DNA from: Somniosus microcephalus | Taxonomy: Eukaryota | Direction: 5' to 3' | Length of the DNA: 64,000 bases | Assembly (NCBI GenBank): GCA_052327205.1 | Contig: CM126206.1 | Location: forward strand, 55,738,001-55,802,000 | Shown: piece after piece, positions 50,080 through 62,442 of the stretch | Layout of the letters: every line of letters begins with the position of its first letter | Numbering within the stretch: the first letter of the stretch is position 1 | Made by a program: the position numbers and the translations under genes | Notes under the pieces: model-generated | Database searches by the model: none | The model's input: the letters and a program-made list of their open reading frames with translations, nothing else | What the model was told of the DNA's origin: nothing

Positions 50080-52087
50080 ATATTCTAATTAAACCCTGAC
50101 CATTGGTACATCGGTGCTCCCTGGAAGCTCCCAAATATAAATAATTCTGTCCTTCACAAACTGGTTGTTCCACCGATTTAATCTTACTAAATTACACGAA
50201 CACACTGTGTCCTGTAACTGCTTTGTCCTCCTCACATTCTCTGTGATTGGGTGTAGGAATGGTGACATCTTTTTTAAGGCCCTTAGCACGTGTACCGATG
50301 AGCGCAATGAGCAATCTTGTATCTTATGATCAAACTTGGCCTCCCCAACTGCATTGTTGGACCACTTAAAGGCCCACCATTGTTGGATTTGTGACCCTCT
50401 CTGCCACGGTTAAGATCTCTCATCTCTCTGTCCTCGCCCACCTGTGTTCTGCTCATTTTTGTCAATAAGGTTGCATGCCAAGTGCAGCACGAGCAGTCCT
50501 CACAAATGAGGCATTGGACTTAGCTGAGGTAAAGGGAGGGGGGAACGATTTGACAAAATGACTATTTTTGTTCATGATAGATTATTGGATTCTTTATAAC
50601 TGTCCACAGTACACACAGGAAGGTATTGCTTGCTGTTTCTGCAAACTGTAGGGAATATACATTATAATCTGACTAACATTCACACCTCAGGGCAAGGTAC
50701 AGGCATGTGTACTTCAAGGGGGATCCATCTAACTAATTATTCAAAGTATTTGGCACAGATCACTGAATCAAGTCATCCAATTCAGTTTGCAGTGTCCTAA
50801 AATTAACAACCTGGGAGTCTTTTGGGATTCTATGTTTGATTGACAGCTGTGTCTGTGGTGAAGATGTGCTTAAGTCTGTGAGAGGGGCCAGGCCAACGAT
50901 TCTTTGTAGTCCCTTTAATGGATGGCTCTGTGGCCAAGAACTTCTAATTGTGGGTTTATGTCTGGCTGCTTGCACTCAACTTCTAAGCTAAGTCAGTTCT
51001 AAGCTAGCAGAGTCAGGGATAAATCAATGATTCTGTGGTAGTTTTTTACCATGTAAAAACTGTTAAAAAAATGTTAAAGGATGTCAGGAGATCTGCTATT
51101 ATATTTACTGTATCTTGTGGCTGGCAAGATTGTCTTGCAGTTGTATATGTGTCAGAGATTTTCCCTTTAAGCAAAAGAAAGTACATTGAAGGGATTTGTG
51201 ATCGCCTGCTTTATGATGAACTCTTCTGCAATGTAAGATGTTGGTATCCTCGAAAATAAAAGTTGGTTCTCTATTTCTAATCAAATTCAGCAGAGAAATC
51301 AGTTTAAAAAAAAAACTTTTAAATTAGAAGTTAAATGAGATAGTTTAGACTGGAAAAATTATGAGAATGCAAAGAGAAATGCAGGCAAGATTTGAAGTGT
51401 GCTGGTGTTTGTGTCTCTGACGAACTGCAGCTGTCAAATACAGTTGATGCTATTTAAATTCATTGACCTGATAATTAAGTCAATTCCACTGATATGTAAT
51501 TCTATGCTTCACTGGGTCATTTATTGTGCTTTTCATGTACAGTATATACTTGGTGTGTTCATTAAGTATGCTCAACATTAGTTTATAATGTAAAAAAAAT
51601 GTTAAGTGTATGATTGCTTTATGAGGAATTACTCCTTAGCATAATGAAAAGTTGAATCTAGATAGTTGATCTGCAGTCAAATCCTATTGCTATAATGATA
51701 TTCAGCCCAAGTCTCTCTCTTAAATGTATAGTTCAGGTTCCTTTATTTATATATAGGTAGACCATTGAAGAAAGCATGCCAGAAGCAGATTAGCAAAATA
51801 CAGATCCATTATTGAGTCAGAGAATGACTCTATCTCTGTTGCTTAGGAGCTTGTTTTCTCCTTGGACACGCGCTACGTTAATGTGTTTGCTGTGGGACCA
51901 TTACACAATTTAACATTTCTCTCTCACTGTCCTTTTACTGCTCTCAACCTTGTCCCCCAGGGCCAAAAAAAGTGACATTTATGGATGGGATCGTGGATGA
52001 ATTGTAAACTGATTTACTATTTGTGCACCTCCAAACCCACCACTGAAACTAAGTATAGCAACTCCCAATTATGAACGCAGATGAATA

Positions 52088-52665
52088 ATGGAATCATATT
52101 GCACAGAAGGGAGCCATTCGGCCCAGCGTTCCTATGCTAGCTCTTTTTAAATGTTTCCTTTTTGAGTATATATCCAATTCTATTTTGAAAGTTACTATTG
52201 AATCTGCTTCCACCACTCTTTTAAGCAGTGCAGCCCAGATCATAACAACTCGCTGCGTAAAACAAAATTCTCCTCATCTTCCCCCTGATTCTTTTGCCAA
52301 TTACCTTAAATCTGTGTCCTCCTGCCTGTGGAAACAGTTTCTCCCTATCTGCTTTATCAAAACCGCTCATAATTTTGAACAACTCTATGAAGTCTCCCCT
52401 TAACCTCCTCTGCTCTGAGGAGAACAATCTCTAGTCTCTCCACACGACTGAAGTCCTTAATCCCTGGTACCATTCTAGTAAATTTCCTCTGCACCCTCTC
52501 CAAGGCCTTGACATCATTCCTAAAGTATGATGTTCAGAATTGTCTACAAGACTCCAACTGAAGGCCTAGCCACTGTTTTATAAAGGGTTACCATAATTTC
52601 CTTGCTTTTGTACTCTATGCCTCTATTTATAAAGCCAAAGATCCTGTATGCTTTTTAACAGCCTT
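52088..52665 (-). mobile_element. CR1 3' fragment
   Basis: FSSEQRRLRGDFIELFKIMSGFD, GHRFKVIGKR. Confidence 0.88.
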
Positions 52666-54382
52666 ATAACACTTATTAAAGCTGGTTTTCACTATGTTTA
52701 CAATACTTCATGGCTCAAAAAGATATATTGGAAGTAGAATGGCGCCCCATTGCAGCCATCCAGCTGCTGCCACCAGAGAATTATTTAATTTTAACTTTAA
52801 ATCTGCAAGGAATAGTCACCATTAAGTGTGCTCCTTCTTGCCCTTCACTACATTAGTGTTTTGGAAGGAGGTGGAGGAAGAAGTGAAGAATGGTGATCTA
52901 CAAGTATGTACATTAAATCTGTTTAATATATGCTCGATGTTCTGTATGCAGGGTATTTATCATTGTGGTGATTATGCACAGTTGACCTTCACTTTTTGTC
53001 CCCAAGTGTACTGAGAAACTTGGTAGAGAGTAGGACTCCTTTGTGCTTATCATTGAAGTCGGGCATCATTTGTAACTTATGGTACCTTAGTTTATTTTCC
53101 ATCTTATACAAAATCAAATTATTATAGAAAATATTGACGCCACTATATCCTTTATTTCAACTCGGCAATGCTTTAGTTTGAGTGAGGGGCGAAAAATCTA
53201 CTATTGGCTGAAGGGCAATCTTTCTAGTTGCCTCCAAATGTTCAGCTTGCTATGCTGAAGAAACTTACAATAATTCCATTAGAAACAATTGTGATTGGAA
53301 GTGATGGTTAAAAATTACCGTCCCTCGTGGCTTTTTCTGCCCCACTGTGAGGCTGGAATTCTAATGCCACATAAAGCATGGCCGTCAGGAACATAACAGC
53401 ATAAACCTCTAGTCTTTCAGCTATAAAGTAATAAACAAAATGTTAAAAGTAGGTTTTATTTTTAGGGCAAAGCACCTCCTGAAGTTTAATAATTTAGAGA
53501 TTCTGGTCTCCTCATCAAACCACATCTAACTGTAATAGCCTGCCTTTACTTCATCTTTTGTGATATGTAAAGTGGGGAGGGGGAAAATAGCAAGATACTT
53601 CATAAATAACCAAACAGGAGAGAAAGACGGGAAGATGTGTGAGATACACTGGATAATGAGAGCTAAGAGAAGTTAAACACTCTGTGAAACTTCGCCATTA
53701 TTGTCCTAGATGCATTGAAGTCTTACCACCTGGGGTATCCGGGAGATGAAATGCAACCACAGTGTGCAGAGAATATTCAGGGTAACTGGAATAAAATTCC
53801 CCCATGAGTTATGGTCACCAGTGAGAAATGAAGGGCCTCTAAGAGTCAGATAACATGGTGTCTCTTTGATTTTTTTGTGCACAAGAAGTGTTTGAATACT
53901 CCCGACAGTCATGCAAGCCATTTACCTATTCTTCATTGGTGTTTGCTCATCATCTTGTACATGCTGCAAATTGATAGGTTTGGAGGTCGTTACAGTTCCA
54001 AATACAACATTTCTGGTGCAGGTCAAGAAGCCAATTACCATTTTGACCTCTGCTCTTCAGTAATAGCTGTAATATTTTACAAATACTATGAAATTTTGTA
54101 TCCAGTATGCAAATATTAAAAAGACCAGCGGTAGTAATAAAAATTCATGTGTCGCAAGTTTCGGATGTTGCAGATTCTGTAAGTGGGAACATTGCTGTCA
54201 CTATAGTGTTTGTTTTTGTAATGAGTTTTTATTGGCTGAGAGAATTGCTGATTATGCAGCAACATGTTCAGTGGCGGAGTGTAAAGGGGACAGCAAGTGG
54301 TTTGAATTCCTGCGATAATTGTTGATGAATTTAATAGGGACGTTTGTTCACGAGCGCTTGTAACAACAGGTAGCCTTTCCAT

Positions 54383-55145
54383 GGCCCAGAAATTCGGGTC
54401 AGGGGCTTCCCGCGGGTGTAAGCCCCCGACCTGCACTTACCTTGCACGCCGGCCGTTGAGCTGTGGGCCTCCGTGGAATTCCGATCCTGGGCCTGCTCCA
54501 ACTGCCGGCGCGCAGTGCTTGCGTATCCCGGGACGCAATTAGTTCGATGCGTCCCCTGGGATCACGTGGGCCATGGGGAGCCGATCGGAGCAGGGAATGC
54601 TTCATTCATAAGTTTGACAGGAAGTGCTGTCAAACTTATAAATGCTATAAGCCCCAAAACATCAGTAAATCTTCAAATAAATTTTAAAAAAACATCACAT
54701 TTTTTAAATAAACTATAAATTACATGAAATAACTATTTTAAACAATAATTTAAATTTTTGAGAAAAATAATTTTATTTTCTAACGGGGCTAAAAAATAAA
54801 CTTACCTTTCTTTAAAGTATTTAAAAATAATAAACCTGTGGAAAAAATGTTTAAATTTTAATTAATTCGCCACTTACCTTGTTAAAAGCAGGCCTTGCGA
54901 CTGCTTTTTATGTGTAACTTCTGGAGACTTATGTTTTTTTTGCAGGTTTTCCTGGAAGGGTAAGTTCAATGTGCACGCGCAGCCTCTCCTGCACACGTGT
55001 TCGACCTCTGAACCCCTTCGTTCAGGGGAACGGAAGTGTCAGTTTCCCGCGCATGCGCAGTGCATGCAGGAAACCGACACTTCCATTGGGCCTATGGGTG
55101 AGTTCCCCGTGCGTACTCACCCGTGGAGACCCGAATTTCTAGGCC
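54383..55145. mobile_element. MITE with GGCCYAGAAATTCGGGTC TIRs
   Basis: 54381-54400 versus 55128-55147 match 19/20 as inverted repeats; GC-rich ends, AT-rich core. Confidence 0.82.
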
Positions 55146-55384
55146 ATTTGTGTCAGAGCTAACGAGTTACGTGCAAGAGATTTTGCTTAGTAACAGCTGT
55201 ATATAATTTTTATTGGTGGAGACATTTTGCCCTTGATGGTTTTTGGAGGTATGGTTGAAATATTTACCCATATGAGACAGTTGAATAGCAAATTAATTCA
55301 ACATGAGTGATATAGTGCAGTGCCACAAAATGAAGATTCATTTGCACTTGAATTTAATTATTGCACCAGGCATCTTTGTAGCAG

Positions 55385-55510
55385 AAGGCAAAATACTGCG
55401 GATGCTGGAATTCTGAAATAAAAACAGAAAATGCCAGAAGTACTCAGCAGGTCAGGCAGCATCTGTTGAGAGAGAGACAAGAGTTAACGTTTCAGTTCTG
55501 TGACCTTTCT
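55385..55510 (-). mobile_element. Penelope-type pLTR fragment with the 3' half of the hammerhead motif
   Basis: aaatactgcggatgctgg...cagcaggtcaggcagcatctg...gagttaacgtttcag. Confidence 0.75.
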
Positions 55511-56458
55511 TTATAGCAGAGATGCCTCATTGTCCCAAGATAAGCATCTTAATGGATAGTACTCTCAAAATTACAATGTTGCATTAACTGGTCAAAACTG
55601 AATCACTTTTTCGAAGAACAACAGCAATGGAGGTACACATTACCACACACACACATTAAATGGCTCTGTGCTTGAGAACACAAACTTTGTAAAACCATGT
55701 AGAGTGCATAAAATATATGTGGGTCTACTAATGTGATCCGCTTCAAATCTTTGTGTCGACCTTGCAGTAGTTTAGTTCTAAGAAAAGAAACTAATAGAAA
55801 TGTATCAGTAGACCCCTGATAATTCAGCTGCTTGGAGCCCAATTACTCGCATCTATTATCATCATAGCTATTCAGTCAAAGATAGTAATGGTATTATTCT
55901 CCTGTTCACATCACGTGCTGAATGGAATGTTGCAATTTACTTTATTGTGTATCTTAATGAGTGCGTCAAACCGGAGAAAGCCAATAATTGCAAAATGAGC
56001 CTTTTGGGCTGCCCAGATAATGGGTATGAGACTGTTATTTCAACTTTATTTTGGGTGATGTATGTGTGTTTATTAATAGTTGACCAAATGTTGGCTAGAA
56101 CCATGTTCGTAAGATTTTCTTCGTGCTCTTTTTAAAAGTTTTTAAGTTTTCTCGTGTTTATGTACAGATGCATGCTTTTCCAGAACCATTGTAAACCCTT
56201 TCTGTTTTGAAAGTGTTCCTGTGAAATCTATTGCAGTCGTAAAAAAAAGACTTGAAAGATTCGATGACTATGTAGCATGAACTCAGGCAAGGAGTTGATC
56301 TGAGATTTCCTGGTCCACACTTAAAATACCACTTCCTTTTCAGTAACTGATTAAAATTCAAGCAGCTTTCTCTTGACATTGTAAAGCAACCTTCAGCATT
56401 TCAAGTAATGAACTGATACATTTTCTTGCAAAAATAGCTACTATTCTTTTAACACAAT

Positions 56459-57342
56459 GACTCAGAAGTTGCATCTCGCCATGTGCCCCGCTAGTTAGAC
56501 TATTTCCTTCACCCTTCAACCCGAAATAATTTTGCCTTGTAAGTTGCTGGAAGTGCGAGCTGATGAGGGCAACGGGGCATCTGGGACCTTAGTGAATGAC
56601 GGGACCAACAGTCTATCTCCTTAACCAATGAGATTTAAGGATTGAGAAAGAGACAATGTAATGACCAAGAAGGAAATAGAGTGAGTTAGTGTGGGTAAAT
56701 TAGAGTCAAATCAGCTATATAGAGAGAGAGAGAGAGAAAAGAGAGACAAAGGAAAAGTGAGAAAAAAAAATTAAACTTAAAATTCTAAAAAGTTCAACAA
56801 CAATTTACTATCTGTAGGACTGAGACGCCACAGTTTCATTGTTCAATTTCTGGGCAGGGGAGATTGATTGGCACTGCAGGAACATAAACTATCTCATTAA
56901 AAATGTACTTGCGCTGTTAAGTAGCAGCCCAAACTTTCTGCAGCGAGTTTAATTGGCAATTCATGTGGAAATGCAGCAACTGCATGGAACTCATGTATTT
57001 CGTATTTGTGAATGAAATTGTGCTGTGTATTTGTGAGCTCTCCTTATTGGGGAGGAGGGACATGAGCTTGGCAAATTTTTGCTTTCAGCATCTGCTAATT
57101 CTCACTTGCTATTTCTCTGGGGTTTTTAATCCGCTTATAGGTTTTAAGTCATTTACCTGACGGTTTACATATTGACGGTTGAGGGTGAGCTGCCATTTTT
57201 GCGAGGCAAACCGTCCAGCAATATGTAGCGATTTGGAATTCACAGGGTATCTCTTCCTTGCCACAGGTTGCTGGCGATTTACACATTAGTAATGGCGAGC
57301 GCCATTAAACTCGCTCGTTATTTTGTCCACAAATTCTGGGAC
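56459..57342. mobile_element. Old MITE-like element
   Basis: Degenerate ends GACTCAGAAGTTG / CAAATTCTGGGAC; internal GA microsatellite near 56720. Confidence 0.4.
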
Positions 57343-58119
57343 AATGATTACATAATATCAGTCAAGTATTTATGTTTCACTGAGAATGACCTACATTAAC
57401 CCCATTACTAACTTCGCATTTCTCACAAGCGACTGCCTGCTATTGCCATTCGCATGGGTTAATACTGGAAATGGTGAGCAGGTACAGTCCAGTAACTGCA
57501 TAATTTCATAACTTCTCTTGCAGTTGCCTACTCTTTTAACGCTGTATATCATATATTAATTTCATCAATAGTGAGATGTGCCCTTACTGCTAACTGCCAA
57601 GTACTGGAACACTCTTTCCCCTTATCCCTATACCCCAATACTATTTCCCAGTTTCCTGACTTCAGAATATCTTTACTTCTACGGTGCAGTTAAGTTTGAA
57701 GATAGAAATTTAGGTTAGCTCAGTGACAAATTGTTAAATGCTTTTATTACATTTTCTGACATATTTCTGGGGACTGAGGACTAGGAAATTATCTTCAGTC
57801 CCTATGCTTGAATACATTATGCAAATGGGGACCAGTGAATGATACTAAAATATACATTTCACACATTTCCTGCAAGTATCCTCAGTTTATTTTCTCAGAA
57901 CCCACTTCCACCACAGCAGGTCTCCAACTGATGCTATATTTCCTCTCGCTCTTTTTTTCTCTCTCCTCCCTTTATGGAGCATGACTCTTTTTCTGTCGTG
58001 CTTTTCCGTGTCTCTTTACATCACAATCACTAGCTTTGGTAGACTTTTGTATTGTCCACATCCCTTCCATACATGTTCTTTTCCTTTAGTGCTGGGTACA
58101 AAGTTATTGCATGCCATAA

Positions 58120-58320
58120 ACAAAAAGCAAAAAAAAAACACGACAGGCTCTGGAAAGCTGAAACAAAACAGTAAATGCTGGAAACCCAGCAGGTCAGTCA
58201 GTCTCTGTGGAGAGAACAGATGAGTTAATATTTCAGATGTGGTGCCTTTGTCGGAGCTGGAAGATATTACCAATTAACAACATGTAAAAAGGAAGGGAAC
58301 AAAGGGAAGGGGAGGAGTGA
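58120..58320 (-). mobile_element. Degenerate Penelope-type pLTR fragment
   Basis: aaatgctggaaacccagcaggtcag...tgtggagagaacaga.gagttaatatttcag. Confidence 0.65.
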
Positions 58321-58483
58321 ACGCGCACGTGCATGCACACATGAGCGAAGAAATAGAATGACCTGTGAAGAGCTCAAGTGGAGAACAGGAGATGGTTAAA
58401 TGGCTGAAGTGACATAAACATCAAACAATAGAGGGCACAACAAGATAAATTAAAAGACATTTATGTGAACACATGAATGGGTG

Positions 58484-58812
58484 AGAATCGTAGAATCATA
58501 CAGCACAGAAGGAGACCATTCAGCCCATTGTGCCTGTGCCAGCTCTTTGAAAGAGCTACCCAATTAGTCCCACTCCCCTGCTCTTTGTCCATAGCCCTGC
58601 AAATGTCTCCTTTTCAAGTATTTATTCAATTCCCATTTGAAAGTTACTGTTGAATCTGTTTCCACCACCATTCCAGATCATCATAACTCACTGAGTAAAA
58701 ACATTTCTCCTCATTTCCCCCCTGGATTTTTTTTGCCAATTATCTTAAATCTGTGTCCTATGGTTTCTGACCCTCCTGCTAGTGGAAATGGCTTCTCACC
58801 ATCTACTCCTAT
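58484..58812 (-). mobile_element. CR1 3' end
   Basis: FPLAGGSETIGHRFKIIGK; tagaatcatacagcacagaagg tail. Confidence 0.85.
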
Positions 58813-59074
58813 CAAAAAAAGAATGGAGGCGATAAGGCAGGTGTAAATGGAAGCATAAAAAACTGGCAAAGCAGAGCAGTCTCCAGTGGCCCAGGAACCT
58901 GAGAGTAAAGAAGGGCAGATCAACACCGCAGCACAGTGATCGGACAGAAGATCCCCACCGCAAGCAACATCATGTTTCCCCTTTCCCCCCCTCCCCCCAC
59001 CTCACTTCCAAGTCAAAGGCATACCTGTCAGCACTTGCTGCAGAAGAGAGATATGGAGCTATACTTAAGGACTG

Positions 59075-59430
59075 AAGTTATTAAAGTCAAAATTTAGCGC
59101 CAGAGGGCTTCAAAGTGTCTAGCAGAAAGATAAGAGGGGTGAAATTAGTCTTTGGCGGTAGATTAAAACAGATGATAGCAAATCTATGGCCCATTTCATG
59201 GAAAAGATTAATTTCACCCCCAAGGTGCTGGTTCTTGAGCTTTGCAATAAGCTTCATTGGAAAAATATAGAAGGCCAAAGACATAGAGGTCAGAATGGGA
59301 GCAGGATGGGGAATTGAAAAGGCAGCGATGGGGAACTTGGGGTTGTACTTGCGGGCAGAACGGGGTGTCTGGAAAAGTGGTCATCTAATCTGTTTTTGGT
59401 CATGGTCCCCCAACACCCCACCATTGTAGA
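59075..59430 (-). mobile_element. Decayed Penelope-like GIY-YIG endonuclease region
   Basis: Minus strand reads TKNRLDDHFSRH, resembling the ETKRRLGDRFAEH motif of Penelope endonucleases; frameshifted. Confidence 0.55.
59135..59221. mobile_element. 87-bp mini-MITE
   Basis: GGGGTGAAATTAGTCTTT / AAAGATTAATTTCACCCC (17/18); AAG on both flanks. Confidence 0.72.
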
Positions 59431-59627
59431 AGAGGCGACACCATTGAATCCCACGCTGTGGAAATTCTTCTGGAATATTTCAGCTCACTGCCTTTGAGCT
59501 GCCCTTATCCTGAAAGAGTCTGTACATAACAATGAAGTCAGGAATAAGGCAGAAACCCGATTTATTGTGTACAGCCCTCTGAGCAAAAGAAGCTCTCGCA
59601 CCACTTAACAATTTATTTAATAATATT

Positions 59628-60057
59628 GAGATTGAGTAGACGAGGCCTATGTTCTCTAGAGTTTAGAAGAATGAGAGGTGATCTCATTGAAACATACACC
59701 ATTCTTACAGGGTAGATGCAGGGAGGATGTTTCCCCTGGTTGGGGAGTCTAGAACCAGGGGTCACAGTCTCCGAATAAGCGATCGGCCATTTAGGACTGA
59801 GATGAGGAGAAATTTCTTCACTCATTGGATGGCGAATCTTTGGAATTCTCTACCCCAGAGGGTCGTGGAGGCTCAGTCGTTGAGTATATTCAAGACAGAG
59901 ATCAATAGATTTTTGGATATTAAGGGAATCAAGGGATATGGGGATAGTGCAGGAAAGTGGAGTTGAGGCAGAAGATCAGCCATGATCTTACTGAATGGCG
60001 GAGCAGGCTCAAGGGGCCAAATGGCCGCCTCCTGCTCCTATTTCTTATGTTCTTATG
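59628..60057 (+). mobile_element. CR1 3' fragment
   Basis: MFPLVGESRTRGHSLR...FRTEMRRNFFT...KGYGDSAGKWS*; TTCTTATG tail. Confidence 0.92.
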
Positions 60058-61239
60058 TAATAATTGGGTGCTGCACATGTCCTGAAGTTGATGCTCTTAC
60101 AGTTGACGTGCACTACTTTGTCAATCTTACCATCTGATGTAGCTGTACTACGTAGGTATTTTAGAGATGAAAGGAAAATCTCCAAATGCTAGAAATCTGA
60201 AATGGAAGCTGAAATTTCAGTAAATGCACAGCAGGTTGAAGAGCATCTGAAACACTTTAGGTGCGCACTTGATCAGAACTCCTTAGTAAGGATTCCACCC
60301 GAAGCCGTAACCTATTTTTTTTCCCCAGAGGCTCACTGTTGTTGCATCTCCAGCATTTGCTTTTCATATTCTGTATAAGTACATTAATTTGCGGCAATTA
60401 TTCCCCGATTATTTCTATCCATGTTCTCTATGCTTCTGGACATAACTTTGGTTTTGACATTGTGTCTACTGAGTCAGCCACAGTCATATTCAGTTTGTTA
60501 TTTGCTTCCAGATAATGGCTCAGTATCATTTGCCAAATCTGAATCTGTTAATTCTTGGTCTTTTGTCTGTGTAATTCCCAGATGTTTTCTATCTTGTGTT
60601 TTTTTTCCAGGGTACTCGTGCTATTACAATTTCAAAGGACACGAGTGAAAGAATATACGCTTGTTCCATTCCTGTTTTTATTAAGCACAGTATGAAAGGC
60701 TGCCCCCTGCTTTTACACAACATTGCGTTTCTTTATATGATAGTTTTGATTTTTTTTGCTACTTTATCAATGCTCAAAATCTTCTATCGGGACACACAGA
60801 ATTAACGCAGTTTTCTACAAAACCTAGAATGTTTCTTAAGATAATATTTGATTTGTAGCTTCTTGTTTCTGTGGCCTGTCCCTGGTAACTTCTAAATTTG
60901 TCCGGTACTGCTCTAGAATACACAATTAAATGATAAATAGGGCAGCTAAAACTCTGATTCTTTTTATCAGAATTATTGCTAAGGAGTCAGTTTGCATCCA
61001 ATCATACATGTAGTGTTACAGCAGAGAACCGGCCATTCAGCTTATCAAACCAATGCTGGGATTTTTCTACATGACCCACCTAACCTAATCTCACTCTCCT
61101 GCTTGCTTCCTATACCCTTTAATATTCCTCAGGAGTTATTTTGACTTTGTGTGATAGTGTCAAGCTGGTGATAGTGAGTTGGCAGCCTGTTTTTTATATC
61201 TCCTGATTTTTATTCCCATTGGATCCAAAGGTCTTGCAA

Positions 61240-61703
61240 GTATATAGCATCTTTCACAATCTCCGGATGTCCTAAAGTGCTTTACAGCCAATGAAGTACT
61301 TTTTGTTTTGAAGTGTAGTCATTGTTGTAATGTTGAGAAATGTGGTCCTGCAGACAGCAATGAGATAATGACCTAATAATCTGTTTTGGTGAGATTGGTT
61401 GAGGGATAAATGTTGACCAGGACACTGGGAAAACTCCCCTGCTCGTCTCCAAAAAGTGCCATGGGATTTTTGACACCACCCCCCCCGCCCCCCCCCCCCC
61501 CCCCACCCCCCCCGCCCGAGAGGGCAGACGGGACCTCGGTTTAACGTCTCATCTGAAAAGCGGCACCTTCAACAGTGCAGCACTGCCCAGTAACTGCACT
61601 GGTGTTTCAGCCTAGACTGTGTGCTCAAGTCTCTGGAGTGGGGTTGAATTCGCAATCTTCTGACTCCAAAGCAAGAGTGCTACCACTGAGCCACAGCTGA
61701 CAC
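61240..61703 (-). mobile_element. Near full-length tRNA-headed Deu-type SINE (SacSINE1-like)
   Basis: Minus strand: A-box TGGCTCAGTGG, B-box-like GAATTCAACCC, core gatgagacgttaaaccgaggtcccgtctgcc, L2-like tail. Family name is from recall. Confidence 0.75.
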
Positions 61704-61745
61704 CTAATATTGTGTTTCTCATATTGTTTGCCAAATAGGTTTCTC

Positions 61746-62442
61746 GGCCTAGAAATTCGGTGGGGTTAGCGCCCAATTAGAGGCGTTAGAGGGTCTTGCG
61801 CCGGAATTATAGCTGGTAACGAAATTGCGTTGGGCCCTACCATCGGCGTTAGCCGGTAGCGCTGCGCCGGCACCGATGACGTCATCGGTGTGCGCAGCGT
61901 CCCGGTTGCCGTGGTAACCCAGCCCCAAGCCCAAATTCAGTTGCGGCCGCCTCGCCCGTGGCAGCCGCAACCAACGATTGTTGAAAGGGATGTTACACAC
62001 CTTTGCGCCAGCGCATGAAGGTGGAGTGGCGGCCGGCCGCTTTCCCGGCGGCCGCCTGCCCGCACCTCCCTCCCCGGACTCCTCCACCACCCCCCCGCGG
62101 CACTGATGTGTGTGGCCCGCGAGCCCGGCTCTTCCCCGAGGTGCCGGGCTCATTTGTCGGGCGAATCGACCGGCCAGCGGTCGGCTGCAGGCAGCTCCTC
62201 CTTAACAGAAGGAGGAGGCCTGCAGTACCCCAGCCTGCTGCACCGCCTCGGGTGCCGCAGCGGGGGATTAGCGCCTGAAAACTGCACTGAACGCCCATAG
62301 TGAGGCGCAAAAACCCTCCATTAGCGCCCGCCGCCGTCTGGGCCCGGGGCAACCGAATTTTCGTCGGGCGCAGCGGCATTAACGCCGGCGCAAAATTTCG
62401 GGCGCTAAAGCCCTGGCGGACCCACAACCGAATTTCTAGGCC
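61746..62442. mobile_element. CpG-rich MITE with perfect 16-bp TIRs
   Basis: GGCCTAGAAATTCGGT (61746-61761) / ACCGAATTTCTAGGCC (62427-62442); very GC/CpG-rich interior, no recognisable protein. Confidence 0.88.

Noticed and set aside
61749-62427. GC-rich ORFs of 64-144 aa
   Set aside because: All lie within the MITE; low stop density from high GC; no recognisable domain.
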